DNA of 64,000 nt, from contig JBBCJC010000002.1 of the NCBI GenBank assembly GCA_037189525.1, positions 864,001 through 928,000 on the forward strand, read 5' to 3'. Positions 31,131-40,333 of the stretch are shown piece by piece. The position numbers and the translations under genes are program-made. This stretch comes from Gemmatimonadales bacterium (GTDB lineage: Bacteria; Gemmatimonadota; Gemmatimonadetes; Gemmatimonadales; GWC2-71-9). The stretch's first letter is position 1. Every line of letters starts with the position of its first letter. The notes under the pieces are model-generated. The model saw only the letters and a list, made by a program, of their open reading frames with translations. It was not told the origin of the DNA and searched no databases.

Positions 31131-31175
31131 CGATCCCCCGGGTGGCCCGCGTGGCCTCCGGGGGATCGTCGTTTT
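31131..31175 (+). terminator. Intrinsic terminator
   Basis: CGATCCCCCGG (31131-31141) pairs with CCGGGGGATCG (31158-31168), followed by TCGTTTT. Confidence 0.7.
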
Positions 31176-31278
31176 CGTGCATCTCCGTTTCGTGTTTCTC
31201 TAGGCAACCCCGTGCTTCGCTTGGCGCGCTGCTCGGCTCTCGCGGTACGCGTGGGGCGCCCGTCGGCGTCCTTGCCGA

Positions 31279-32736
31279 TTATGTGTGGGCGCTCAGCAGG
31301 TCGGCTGCCCGGGGAGCCTCCGACGCGGCCGCCTGCGTGGCTGGCGCAGGAACCGGGGCGAAACGCGCCTGGAAGAACCGCAGGTGCTCGGGTTCATACA
31401 CGAACTCGAGGCCTTGCACCCGGTCGGATTGCGCCTGGATCTCCATCACACTCTCGGCCACGACGTCCATGTGCGCCTGGGTGTAGACTCGCCGCGGAAT
31501 CGTCAGACGTACCAGTTCCAGCGCGGGATAGCGGTTTTCGCCGGTTGCGGGGTCGCGTCCAGCGGACACCGCTCCGCGTTCCATGGCCCGGACGCCCGAT
31601 TCGGTATACAACGCCGCTGCGAGCGCCTGCGCCGGAAATTCTGCGCGCGGGATGTGCGGCAGCATCGCCTTGGCGTCGATGAATACCGCATGTCCTCCCA
31701 GCGGTCGCACGATGGGCACCCCCGCCGCGATGAGCTTGTTGCCCAGGTAGTGTACCTGGCCGATGCGCGTGCGGATATGGTCTTCCTGGACCGACTCCTC
31801 GATGCCGATGGCCATGGCTTCCATGTCGCGCCCGGCGAGGCCGCCGTAGGTATTAAGACCTTCGTACACTACGGCCAGGTTCGCTGCCCGCGCCGCGAGC
31901 GCCGGATCCCGTAAGCCGAGCCAGCCGCCGATGTTCACCAGGCTGTCTTTCTTGCCGGACATCGTCGCGCCGTCGGCGCACGCGCACATCTCGAGTAGGA
32001 TCTGCGCCACGGTCTTGGTGTGGTTGCCCGGCTCGCGCTGTTGAATGAACCACGCGTTCTCGACGGCGCGCGTGGCGTCGAGAATGATCTTGATGCCAAG
32101 CCGGGCCGTGTAGGCGCGCAGTGCCTGCAGATTGGCGAGGCTGATCGGCTGCCCGCCGGCGAGATTGACCGTCGCCGCGACCGACAGGTACGGAATCCAT
32201 TCCGCGCCCACCTCGGCCACGATTGCATCGAGCTTCGCGAGGTCGATGTCGCCCTTGAACGGATGCTCGGACGCCGGATCGTGCGCGGCGTCGATGATGA
32301 CGTCACGGAACCTGCCGCCCGCGAGCTCCTGATGGAGGCGCGTCGTCGTGAAGTACATGTTGCCGGGCACATGATCACCCGGCTTGATGAGGAGCGTCGA
32401 AAGGATATGCTCGGCTCCCCGTCCCTGGTGCGCGGGAAGGACGTGCTCGAACCCGTAATAGCGCCGGACCGCATCCTCGAGGTGATGGAAATTGCGCGAG
32501 CCGGCGTAGGCCTCGTCGCCGAGCATCATGCCGGCCCACTGCCGGTCGGACATAGCGCTCGTGCCGGAGTCGGTGAGCAGGTCGATATACACCTCTTCCG
32601 ACCGGAGGAGGAAAGTGTTGTACCCGGCTTCCTCGAGCGCCCGGGCGCGTAACGCGGGCGACAGCATTCCGATCGGTTCGACGACCTTGATTTTCCAGGG
32701 CTCGGCCCAGCTATGGTGACGCATGAGAGTTCTCAT
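31279..32736 (-). CDS. tpl: Tyrosine phenol-lyase
   Basis: GYNTFLL, DLLTDSG, GDEAYAG, HQGRGAE, GNMYFTTTR, SGKKD (PLP Lys), MERG, LRFF. FTTTR and ERG are TPL-type rather than tryptophanase-type. Start may be 32724. Confidence 0.9.
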   Translation of the reverse strand: MRTLMRHHSWAEPWKIKVVEPIGMLSPALRARALEEAGYNTFLLRSEEVYIDLLTDSGTSAMSDRQWAGMMLGDEAYAGSRNFHHLEDAVRRYYGFEHVLPAHQGRGAEHILSTLLIKPGDHVPGNMYFTTTRLHQELAGGRFRDVIIDAAHDPASEHPFKGDIDLAKLDAIVAEVGAEWIPYLSVAATVNLAGGQPISLANLQALRAYTARLGIKIILDATRAVENAWFIQQREPGNHTKTVAQILLEMCACADGATMSGKKDSLVNIGGWLGLRDPALAARAANLAVVYEGLNTYGGLAGRDMEAMAIGIEESVQEDHIRTRIGQVHYLGNKLIAAGVPIVRPLGGHAVFIDAKAMLPHIPRAEFPAQALAAALYTESGVRAMERGAVSAGRDPATGENRYPALELVRLTIPRRVYTQAHMDVVAESVMEIQAQSDRVQGLEFVYEPEHLRFFQARFAPVPAPATQAAASEAPRAADLLSAHT

Positions 32737-32814
32737 TGTCGGGGAATAGTGAACGATCTGGCGCGCGCGTCACGCATATCGGTCGGAGGTGAAGGGACGC
32801 GCGGTCGGAGGGCA

Positions 32815-33672
32815 TTATCGAGTCGCGAACCAGAACGAGTAGTACGTGAGTACGGATATCCAGCCGAGAACACGGAGTGCTCGCTCCGCATTGATACGGA
32901 TCAGGGACACGGCGGCCATGACGAGCAGATAGCTGCCGGCTGCGAATGCCCCGATGTGCAGATAGACGGATGGCGCGGTCGACAGCGGCCCGTTTTCCGT
33001 GGTGAAGTAGCCGATGATGAAGCCGGGGAAGGCCGCAGCAAACACACCGAAGGGCGTCGTCAGCCAACGTGACGTACGACGAGCCGGCCCGATGGTTTGA
33101 GGGACCGTCTTCATGCGCGCGAGATCGATGCACCCGACATGAGTACATGCCGTGCACGGGCTGCAGCGTGCGTTGCCCACCTCGATGAGCGGCCGTTGAC
33201 CGTAGAGTTTCTCGGCCGGAAGAACGGGACACAGCGTGTTGCAGAATCCGGCCCGCCGTGCCGCGAACACGCCGGCGACCAGGGCAATGATTGCCACGGC
33301 AATGATTGTCCACGCGAGCGCCGGACCGTCCGTGTTGAACAGAAACCGCCGGGCTGGAACCAGCAGGCCCAGCAACACCACGCCAACCCACCAGAGATGG
33401 CGGGTCGTTCGGATGCTGGGTGATCGTGTCGTGGCGCGACTGCCGATCATCGAGTTGAGGGTTGCGAGGGGGCACACATTCCGCCAGATCATCGGATTCA
33501 TGACGAAGACAGCCGGCAGGACCGGAATCGCGATGTTCCAGAGCAGGTGGAGGGTCAGGGTTGGCCATACCACCAGGCCGCCGACCAGTGCGAGGGTTGC
33601 CACGACGCCCAGGAATTGGGCCGTGCGCCAGACGCGGGGCGCCGAGACGGGAGAGAGTGGAATGGCCGTCAT
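32815..33672 (-). CDS. Polytopic membrane protein with Fe-S-binding Cys motifs (NapH/YccM/Fer4_5-like)
   Basis: Several TM helices; WRNVCP, FCNTLCP, CSPCTACTHVGC. Confidence 0.75.
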   Translation of the reverse strand: MTAIPLSPVSAPRVWRTAQFLGVVATLALVGGLVVWPTLTLHLLWNIAIPVLPAVFVMNPMIWRNVCPLATLNSMIGSRATTRSPSIRTTRHLWWVGVVLLGLLVPARRFLFNTDGPALAWTIIAVAIIALVAGVFAARRAGFCNTLCPVLPAEKLYGQRPLIEVGNARCSPCTACTHVGCIDLARMKTVPQTIGPARRTSRWLTTPFGVFAAAFPGFIIGYFTTENGPLSTAPSVYLHIGAFAAGSYLLVMAAVSLIRINAERALRVLGWISVLTYYSFWFATR

Positions 33673-33729
33673 CTCGTAGCCGGAACGGGTGTCCTCATGA
33701 CCGTGATTCTCCCAGCGTTACCAGGATAA

Positions 33730-33761
33730 CATTAAATATCATGACTATATGATATTTAATG
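33730..33761. promoter_or_regulatory. Perfect 13-6-13 AT-rich palindrome (probable operator) in a divergent promoter region
   Basis: CATTAAATATCAT-gactat-ATGATATTTAATG. Confidence 0.75.
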
Positions 33762-33825
33762 CGCAAGGGGGCCGGTCTTTCGGCGTGTGGCGTTATACTG
33801 CGATGACGTATAGAAGGGGATTCCG

Positions 33826-34293
33826 ATGGAACCACGACTCGATTACCGCCAGGCCGCCGCCGGCGCCTTCCAGGCGATGCTTGGCATGGAGCAATACATT
33901 CGCGGGTGCGGCCTCGAGCACTCCCTGCTCGAGCTCATCAAGACGCGGGCGTCGCAGATCAACGGCTGTGCCTACTGCATCGATATGCACACCAAGGACG
34001 CCCGTGCCGCCGGCGAAACCGAGCAGCGGCTGTACGGGCTGTCAGCCTGGCGCGAGACACAGTTTTACACCGCGCGCGAGCGAGCAGCGCTCGAATGGAC
34101 GGAAGCGCTGACGCTCATCGCGCAGAACGACGTCTCGGATGAACTCTACGCCCGCGTACGCGAGCACTTCAGCGAAGAGGAACTCGTCAACGTCACGATG
34201 GTGATCATTACGATCAACGGCTGGAACCGGCTCGCGATCCCGTTTCGCACGGTTCCGGGCAGCTACCAGCCGCCCGCGCGGGCGGGCGGTTGA
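33826..34293 (+). CDS. Carboxymuconolactone decarboxylase / AhpD-like protein
   Basis: RASQINGCAYCIDMH, ERAALEWTEALT, INGWNRL. Confidence 0.93.
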   Translation: MEPRLDYRQAAAGAFQAMLGMEQYIRGCGLEHSLLELIKTRASQINGCAYCIDMHTKDARAAGETEQRLYGLSAWRETQFYTARERAALEWTEALTLIAQNDVSDELYARVREHFSEEELVNVTMVIITINGWNRLAIPFRTVPGSYQPPARAGG

Positions 34294-34313
34294 TCGACCC
34301 TCGATGTGACTGC

Positions 34314-34814
34314 TCAGCCGGTGCCGAGTGGCAACAACCGGCGCCAACTCGTGGGGTGTTGGCGGATCAGGTATCGGCCCGCCAGCACCACCGCCAGCAG
34401 ATTCGCCACCAGAATCGACCAGAATGGCAGGAGCGGCCGCAGCGGCGTGGTCAGAAATCCGATACCCAGGACCGTCATTGCCCCGCCCATGATCAGGAAA
34501 AGGCCGGTGAGGCCAGCCTGATCGGGATGGCGCTCGGCGCGGTACACCAGCCAGGTGACCACCATCCCGATTGCCAGCGAAGACAGGAGGTGCACCGCGT
34601 TGTAGAGCAGCATCGCCGTGGGATCGGATGCCAGCGGCACCTGCAATACTCCCGGATCGCGCAGCCCTCGGAAGCCGGATTGTCCGAGGAGATTGAGGGT
34701 GTACAGCGCGCCTCGCGCAGCGAGGAGATCAAAGAGCATGTAGAACCCGGCCACGGCGGCGTAGGCAATCAGGCCTACGACCACACCCTCCCTCAAAGCA
34801 CGACGATCCGACAT
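34314..34814 (-). CDS. Hypothetical 4-TM membrane protein
   Basis: Four hydrophobic helices; GGAGG RBS upstream on the minus strand. Confidence 0.7.
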   Translation of the reverse strand: MSDRRALREGVVVGLIAYAAVAGFYMLFDLLAARGALYTLNLLGQSGFRGLRDPGVLQVPLASDPTAMLLYNAVHLLSSLAIGMVVTWLVYRAERHPDQAGLTGLFLIMGGAMTVLGIGFLTTPLRPLLPFWSILVANLLAVVLAGRYLIRQHPTSWRRLLPLGTG

Positions 34815-35001
34815 ATCGGCAAACCTCCGGCGTCAGGGGAACAGGATCCTCGTCACACTCGACCGATCCCAGGGTCATGCACCTCAGGCCCGCATCGCGA
34901 ACGATGCCGTCTCCAATGAACGTATCCGTCGAATTGCGAGGCCGCCAGCATCGGGATGGAGCGCCGGGTTGGTCACATCGACGTACTCCCCTTGATTGTC
35001 A

Positions 35002-35020
35002 CATCTTGACGATCAAGATG
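35002..35020. promoter_or_regulatory. Probable PadR operator
   Basis: CATCTTGA-cga-TCAAGATG perfect 8-3-8 palindrome about 48 bp before the PadR start; imperfect copy CTTGAttgTCACA just upstream. Confidence 0.65.
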
Positions 35021-35067
35021 AGAAGCGGTAGCGTTGTGGGCGTAACGTCGTGTCGAAGAGGTGTTGC

Positions 35068-35403
35068 GTGACCGAGCCGAATACCGATGTCATCCAGGGC
35101 ACCCTGGATATGCTGATCCTCAAGACCCTGAGTCTCACGCCGATGCACGGATTCGGGATTGCGCGCCGGATCGAGCAGATCTCGCGGAGTGTCTTCAAGG
35201 TGAATCCGGGATCCCTTCTGGTGGCATTGCAACGGTTGGAGCGCGCCGGCTGGCTCGATGCCGAGTGGCGCCGGACCGATCACGGGCGGCGGGCGCGGTT
35301 CTACAGTTTGACGCGAGCCGGCCACAAGCAGCTCGACCTCGAAACGGCCGACTGGACTCGGCGCGTTTCCGCGGTGGCGCGACTCCTCAAGGCCGAGGGC
35401 TGA
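35068..35403 (+). CDS. PadR-family transcriptional regulator (acidobacterial type)
   Basis: IQGTLDMLILK..HGFGIARRIEQ..GSL..ALQRLE..RRARFYSLT. Confidence 0.93.
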   Translation: MTEPNTDVIQGTLDMLILKTLSLTPMHGFGIARRIEQISRSVFKVNPGSLLVALQRLERAGWLDAEWRRTDHGRRARFYSLTRAGHKQLDLETADWTRRVSAVARLLKAEG

Positions 35404-35405
35404 TC

Positions 35406-38039
35406 GTGTCGTTGTGGCGCCAGGTGACTCGCGGGCTCCGGGGGCTCGCCGATCGTTCCCGCGCGGACCAGGACGCGGAGGACGAGGTCGGCCACTATCT
35501 CGAGCAGGCCACCGCAGATCATCTGGCGCGCGGTTTGAGCCCCGAGGCCGCCCGCCGTGCCGCCCGGCTCGAGCTGGGCAGCGTCGCCGCCGCAACGGAA
35601 GAGTTGCGCAGCTACGGATGGGAGCGCGCGGTCGACGCGGTCGCGGCGGATCTCCGCCATGCCGCCCGCAGGCTGCGCATGGAGCCGGGTTTCACCGTCG
35701 TCACCATTCTGACCCTGGCGCTCGGTATCGGCGCCAGCACCGCGATCATGAGCGCAGTCGGGCCGATCCTGTTCCGTTCGCTGCCATATCCCGATGCCAA
35801 CCGGATCATGGCGGTTTGGGATGTGGGCTCCGAGGGGTTGCCGGTCGAGACGACCTTCAATACCCATCGAGAGCTTCGCGCACGCACGACGGCGTTCGAC
35901 GCGCTAGCTGTGTTCCGCCCATGGCAGCCGACCTTGACCGGCTCGCGCGAGCCAGAGCAGCTCGAGGGTCAGCGGGTCAGCTGGGAATTCCTCCGCGTGC
36001 TTGGCGTGCTCCCCGCGCTGGGTCGCGATTTCGATGCGACGGACGATCGCGGCGGCGCAGCCGGCGTCGTGGTGCTGAGCGACGGACTCTGGCGCCGTCG
36101 CTTCGGCGCCGACCCGGCTATCATCGGCCGGTCCGTGACCCTGAGCGACGAGAGCTATCTCGTGGTCGGCGTGATGCCGCGACAGTTCGAGAATGTCCTG
36201 GCGCCCGCGGCCGAGCTCTGGACGCCGCTCCGCTACGAACCTGGCGAAGGTCGTGCGTGGGGTCATCACCTGCGCATGATCGGCAGGCTCCGGCCTGGCG
36301 AAAGCCGTGACGGCGCTGCGCGTGACCTGGCCGCAATCGCGGGCAATCCGGTGCCGGACTTCCCGCGAGTGGCCTGGGCCGCGCTCGATCGCGGGCTCTC
36401 GGTGACCTCGCTCCACGAGGACCTCACCCGCGCCGCGCGCCCCGCATTGCTCGCCCTGCTCGGCGCGGCGACGCTGCTCCTCGTCATCGCCTGCGTCAAC
36501 GTGGCGAACTTGTTGCTGGCCCGTCATGCCCGACGGCGAGATGAGTTCGCACTCCGAGCCACGTTAGGCGCGGGCGCCGGCCGGTTGTTACGGCAGGCGG
36601 TGACGGAGAGTCTGTTCCTTGCCGGGTTGGGCGGTGCGGCCGGGATCGCGCTGGCGGTGCTCGGCGTTCGTGTGCTGATCGCGCTCAGCCCGCCGGAACT
36701 CCCACGCCTGAGTGTGGTCGGGCTCGATACTTCCGTCCTGGTTTTCGCGATCGGCCTCACCGTGCTGGTTGGTCTGGTCCTGGGGGTGATTCCGGCCCGC
36801 GCGGCGGCTCGGATGGATGCCGGAGGCAGCCGCCCCGCTACGCGACATGTCGTCCGAAGCGCCGGACCCGCGCGCGCATTGTTGATCGTGGCCCAGGTCG
36901 CGTTGGCGCTGGTGCTTCTGGTCTGCTCAGGCCTCCTGCTGCGCAGCATGCAGCGCTTGCTGCGGATGGAGCCTGGCTTCGACGCCGACCGCCGCCTCGC
37001 TATGCAGATCCGCGCATCGGGAGTGCGCTATGCCGATCCCGACGCAGCGCGCCGGTACTTCGGTAACGTGCTGGAAGCGGTCCGAAGCGTGCCCGGTGTT
37101 GCGGCAGCTACGCTGACGAGCCAGCTGCCCCTGAGCGGCGATCTCGCGCTCTATGGCGTGCGAATTGATCCGCCGGTGCGCGATGACCAGGGCGAAGCGG
37201 GTGGGACGTTCCGTTATGCCGTGAGCCCCGGCTATTTCGAGGCGATGGGTATCCCGCTCCGGCAGGGTCGCCTGCTGGATACCGGCGATCGTACCGATGG
37301 AGTGCCCGTGGCCGTGGTGAGCGAGTCGTTTGCCAGGCGCCGGCTCCCCAATGTAGATCCGCTGGGTCGCCAGGTGAGCATCGGCGACAGCGAACCGTTC
37401 ACCATCGTCGGTGTGGTCGGCGATGTCCGGCAGGTCTCCCTGGCGTTGAGTGAGACCGACGCGGCCTATATCACATTGGACCAGGGCGGTTCGAGGGACC
37501 TGACGCTCTCGCTGATCGTCCGGACCGACGGCAACGTCTCGGCGCTCGCCGACCGGGTTCGGCAGGCCGTCTGGTCGGTGGACAAAGACCAACCCGTGGT
37601 TCGGGTCGCCACGATGGAAAGCCTGCTCTCGGCGAGCGGGGCGGAGCGACGGTTTGCGCTGGTCGTCTTCCAGGCCTTTGCTCTCGCGGCGTTGACGCTA
37701 GCCGCGGCCGGCCTCTACGGCATGCTGTCGGGCAGTGTGGCGGAGCGGACCCGGGAGATCGGCGTCCGCGCAGCGCTGGGCGCCTCACCGTTCCGGATCC
37801 TGGCGCTGATCGTACGGCAGGGCATGACACCGACCGTCGTCGGCATCGGGGCGGGGCTGGTCGGCGCGGCCCTGACGACGCGAGCGCTCACGACGATGTT
37901 GTTCGGCACCTCGCCGCTCGATCCGGCCACCTTTCTCGCGGTCGTCGCGCTGCTCCTGGTGGTCGCGCTCGTTGCATGTGCGGTCCCCGCCTGGCGCGCA
38001 GCGCGGGTTCATCCGGCGAGCCCGCTCCGGGCCGAATAG
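35406..38039 (+). CDS. ADOP-family (duplicated MacB/FtsX) ABC permease
   Basis: ARRAARLELG, DLRHAARRL..PGF..LALGIGA, IACVNVANLLLAR, RTREIGVRAALGA, PAWRAARV.P..LRAE. Confidence 0.93.
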   Translation: MSLWRQVTRGLRGLADRSRADQDAEDEVGHYLEQATADHLARGLSPEAARRAARLELGSVAAATEELRSYGWERAVDAVAADLRHAARRLRMEPGFTVVTILTLALGIGASTAIMSAVGPILFRSLPYPDANRIMAVWDVGSEGLPVETTFNTHRELRARTTAFDALAVFRPWQPTLTGSREPEQLEGQRVSWEFLRVLGVLPALGRDFDATDDRGGAAGVVVLSDGLWRRRFGADPAIIGRSVTLSDESYLVVGVMPRQFENVLAPAAELWTPLRYEPGEGRAWGHHLRMIGRLRPGESRDGAARDLAAIAGNPVPDFPRVAWAALDRGLSVTSLHEDLTRAARPALLALLGAATLLLVIACVNVANLLLARHARRRDEFALRATLGAGAGRLLRQAVTESLFLAGLGGAAGIALAVLGVRVLIALSPPELPRLSVVGLDTSVLVFAIGLTVLVGLVLGVIPARAAARMDAGGSRPATRHVVRSAGPARALLIVAQVALALVLLVCSGLLLRSMQRLLRMEPGFDADRRLAMQIRASGVRYADPDAARRYFGNVLEAVRSVPGVAAATLTSQLPLSGDLALYGVRIDPPVRDDQGEAGGTFRYAVSPGYFEAMGIPLRQGRLLDTGDRTDGVPVAVVSESFARRRLPNVDPLGRQVSIGDSEPFTIVGVVGDVRQVSLALSETDAAYITLDQGGSRDLTLSLIVRTDGNVSALADRVRQAVWSVDKDQPVVRVATMESLLSASGAERRFALVVFQAFALAALTLAAAGLYGMLSGSVAERTREIGVRAALGASPFRILALIVRQGMTPTVVGIGAGLVGAALTTRALTTMLFGTSPLDPATFLAVVALLLVVALVACAVPAWRAARVHPASPLRAE

Positions 38040-38125
38040 CCGATCAAAAGCCCGCCGACTTATCAGTAGCTGCGTTCCAGAGTTTGCCGGTAAGTGCGAG
38101 CTTCCGAGTACGGAGGCGGCCGGCG

Positions 38126-39337
38126 TCATCCGGTTCGGTCGGGCCGTTCGCGCAGCGGCTCCGCTGCTTCAAGCCGGGCAAGGAGGTCCAGGAGGCCACT
38201 CGCTTCCCAGGCGCGGTTTCGCTTCGAGGCGGAGAGCGGGAGGAGTACGCCGCTGGCCTCGAGTTCACCCATGGCCTGGTGGATTGCCGACTTGGCTCGC
38301 CCGGTTGCCGCCCCTGCCACCGGTGCGGTGATGATCGGGTGCGCGGGCAACAGGTCGATAATTGCCCAGGCTGCGGCATCCGCCCGGGGCGCCCCCGTCG
38401 TCCGTAGCAGTTCCCGCCAGTCTTCCATCAGGTCGTTCAGGGCTCCCAGATAGGATGACGCAAGCCGCGCAGACCGCAGCGCGGCTTCGGCGAAATGCTC
38501 GAGCCAGCCGGTGAGATCGCCGTTCCGATAGCGGGTAAGCCCAGCCAGGTAGACATCCCGCTTCGCGGCGAGCACGACGCTGATGGGCGGCACGTACGCC
38601 GGGGCCAGGCCGCGGCGGCGCAGCACGGTGTGGATCAATGCGCGCCCGGTCCTCCCGTTGCCGTCGTCGAAGGGGTGGATCGTCTCGAACTGCGCGTGGA
38701 CCCGGGCGGCCTGGACCAGCGGCGAATGGGTCTCGTCGTTGATGGCATCACAAAGATCGTCCAGCAGCCCGGCGACGTGCTCAGCTGGCGGGGGCACGAA
38801 GTCGGCGTCGCACGGGTTGTAGTCGTTGCCGCCGATCCAGTTCTGCCCGGTGCGGATCCGGCCGGCGATGCGCGGGTTGGCTCGCTCCATCAGGGTCCGG
38901 TGGATGGCTTCGATCTCACGCGCGGAAAACCGCGCCACGTCCGTCGCCTCGTGGATGGCCACTTCCATCGCGTCGATGTTTGCGATGATCTCGAGCGCCG
39001 TCGGCCCGGCTTTGCCACCGGCCTCGAACCGCGCTTCGGTGCGGGCCAGCTCCTGCACACCGAGCTGCATCCCTTCCACTTTGGAGGAAGCGATCGATTC
39101 CGTGCGCAGGAGGAGCCGCGCGAGCGGCGCCAGGGCGGGGCGAGCCACCGCATTGAGGTTTCCAATAGCATGCTCCGCCTCGGCCACCACGCCGGCGAGC
39201 GGGGCGTCCAGCGTGAACCCCTCCCGGGCAATCGGGTCGGGCAGAAATGCCTCGTACCGGCAGGCCCGCCGGTACCGGGGCGGTGCATGCAGGGTCGGAT
39301 CGTGCGGCCAGATCAGACTGATATACTGTCCCGCCAT
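38126..39337 (-). CDS. Fic-domain protein with N-terminal inhibitory motif and C-terminal winged HTH
   Basis: Canonical HPFDDGNGRTGR; SSKVEG inhibitory (S/T)xxxE(G/N) motif; wHTH-like tail. Confidence 0.93.
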   Translation of the reverse strand: MAGQYISLIWPHDPTLHAPPRYRRACRYEAFLPDPIAREGFTLDAPLAGVVAEAEHAIGNLNAVARPALAPLARLLLRTESIASSKVEGMQLGVQELARTEARFEAGGKAGPTALEIIANIDAMEVAIHEATDVARFSAREIEAIHRTLMERANPRIAGRIRTGQNWIGGNDYNPCDADFVPPPAEHVAGLLDDLCDAINDETHSPLVQAARVHAQFETIHPFDDGNGRTGRALIHTVLRRRGLAPAYVPPISVVLAAKRDVYLAGLTRYRNGDLTGWLEHFAEAALRSARLASSYLGALNDLMEDWRELLRTTGAPRADAAAWAIIDLLPAHPIITAPVAGAATGRAKSAIHQAMGELEASGVLLPLSASKRNRAWEASGLLDLLARLEAAEPLRERPDRTG

Positions 39338-39408
39338 CCTGAACCACCTTCTCTTCTTAGTTCAGTTTAGTAAGTAAACTGAACTAAGAATATCTATTGG
39401 TTCAGGAT
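39336..39408. repeat. Nested inverted repeat (11-7-16-5-16-7-11) over the fic RBS and promoter
   Basis: ATCCTGAACCA-N7-TTCTTAGTTCAGTTTA-gtaag-TAAACTGAACTAAGAA-N7-TGGTTCAGGAT. Confidence 0.9.
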
Positions 39409-39526
39409 AATCAAGCAAATGGCATTAAATGGCTTCTTTTGAGCCACTGTAAGATGCAGAAACAGCAGATTCAGGAAAGAGGAGGCGACTTGGCATGGGT
39501 ACAGAGACCCCGCCCAGGGGAAGAGG

Positions 39527-40333
39527 TCAGCGCTTCCGGCAGACCATCAATTCGGTCGAGGGGCTTTCGGTGCGGGAGCGGAGCAGGCGACGCTCGATCG
39601 GGTAGAGCAGCCGACCCAGCAGGCCACCCAGCCGATCGCTGAGCAGCGCGGGGGCCACCATGGCGGTCCAGGCCCAGCGGACCAGCCGCGACCGCGTGTC
39701 GGCCGGATAGTTCATCAGCACGAACATCGGAACGCGGCGGACCACATCGAACCCCGCGCGATCCAGCGCCGCTTCGATTTCCGGCAGCGATCGGCTGACC
39801 TGATGGTCGACCCGGATCGCTTCCTGGTGCACGAAGTTGTCGGACCAGATGAAGAGCCCGCCGGGCTTGAGCAGCTGACCGATGTTCTCGAGCGCGCGCG
39901 CGTAGGCGGTGTCGTCGACGATATGAAAGAGCACGTCGAAGGCGCTGACCACGTCGTAGTCATGGACCGCATCGGCCAGCGACCCGCGGAGCGGCGCGCC
40001 GATGTCGCACTGCAGGAAGCGGCCTTCGGGAAACCGGCGGGTCAGATTCTGAATCGCCACGTCGGTCAGGTCGACTCCGGTAACCTTGGCCCCCATGGCC
40101 AGCCAGCGCTCGACGTAGAATCCGGTGCCCGCGCCGACCTCGAGCACGGTGAGCGGCCGAGGCATTGCTGTCGTCTCTTCTGCCACGACGCGATCGAACA
40201 CCTCGCCGCGGACCCGGTACATCCACTCGTTGTACCGGCGGCCCAGGCGTAAATAGCCGACGCCTTCGAGCGTGAAGTGATCCCGAAGGCGTCGTTCCCA
40301 GTAATCCCGCGTCGCGGTGGAGCCGGCCGTCAA
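39527..40333 (-). CDS. Class I SAM-dependent methyltransferase
   Basis: VLEVGAGTG, GVDLT, YDVVSAFDVLFHIVDD, LKPGG. Confidence 0.9.
   Translation of the reverse strand: MTAGSTATRDYWERRLRDHFTLEGVGYLRLGRRYNEWMYRVRGEVFDRVVAEETTAMPRPLTVLEVGAGTGFYVERWLAMGAKVTGVDLTDVAIQNLTRRFPEGRFLQCDIGAPLRGSLADAVHDYDVVSAFDVLFHIVDDTAYARALENIGQLLKPGGLFIWSDNFVHQEAIRVDHQVSRSLPEIEAALDRAGFDVVRRVPMFVLMNYPADTRSRLVRWAWTAMVAPALLSDRLGGLLGRLLYPIERRLLRSRTESPSTELMVCRKR

Noticed and set aside
31279..32736. Tryptophanase (tnaA) call
   Set aside because: FTTTR, MERG and LRFF match tyrosine phenol-lyase
31200..39500. Integrated mobile element
   Set aside because: Accessory-like content, but I found no integrase, transposase, tRNA or flanking direct repeats; left uncalled
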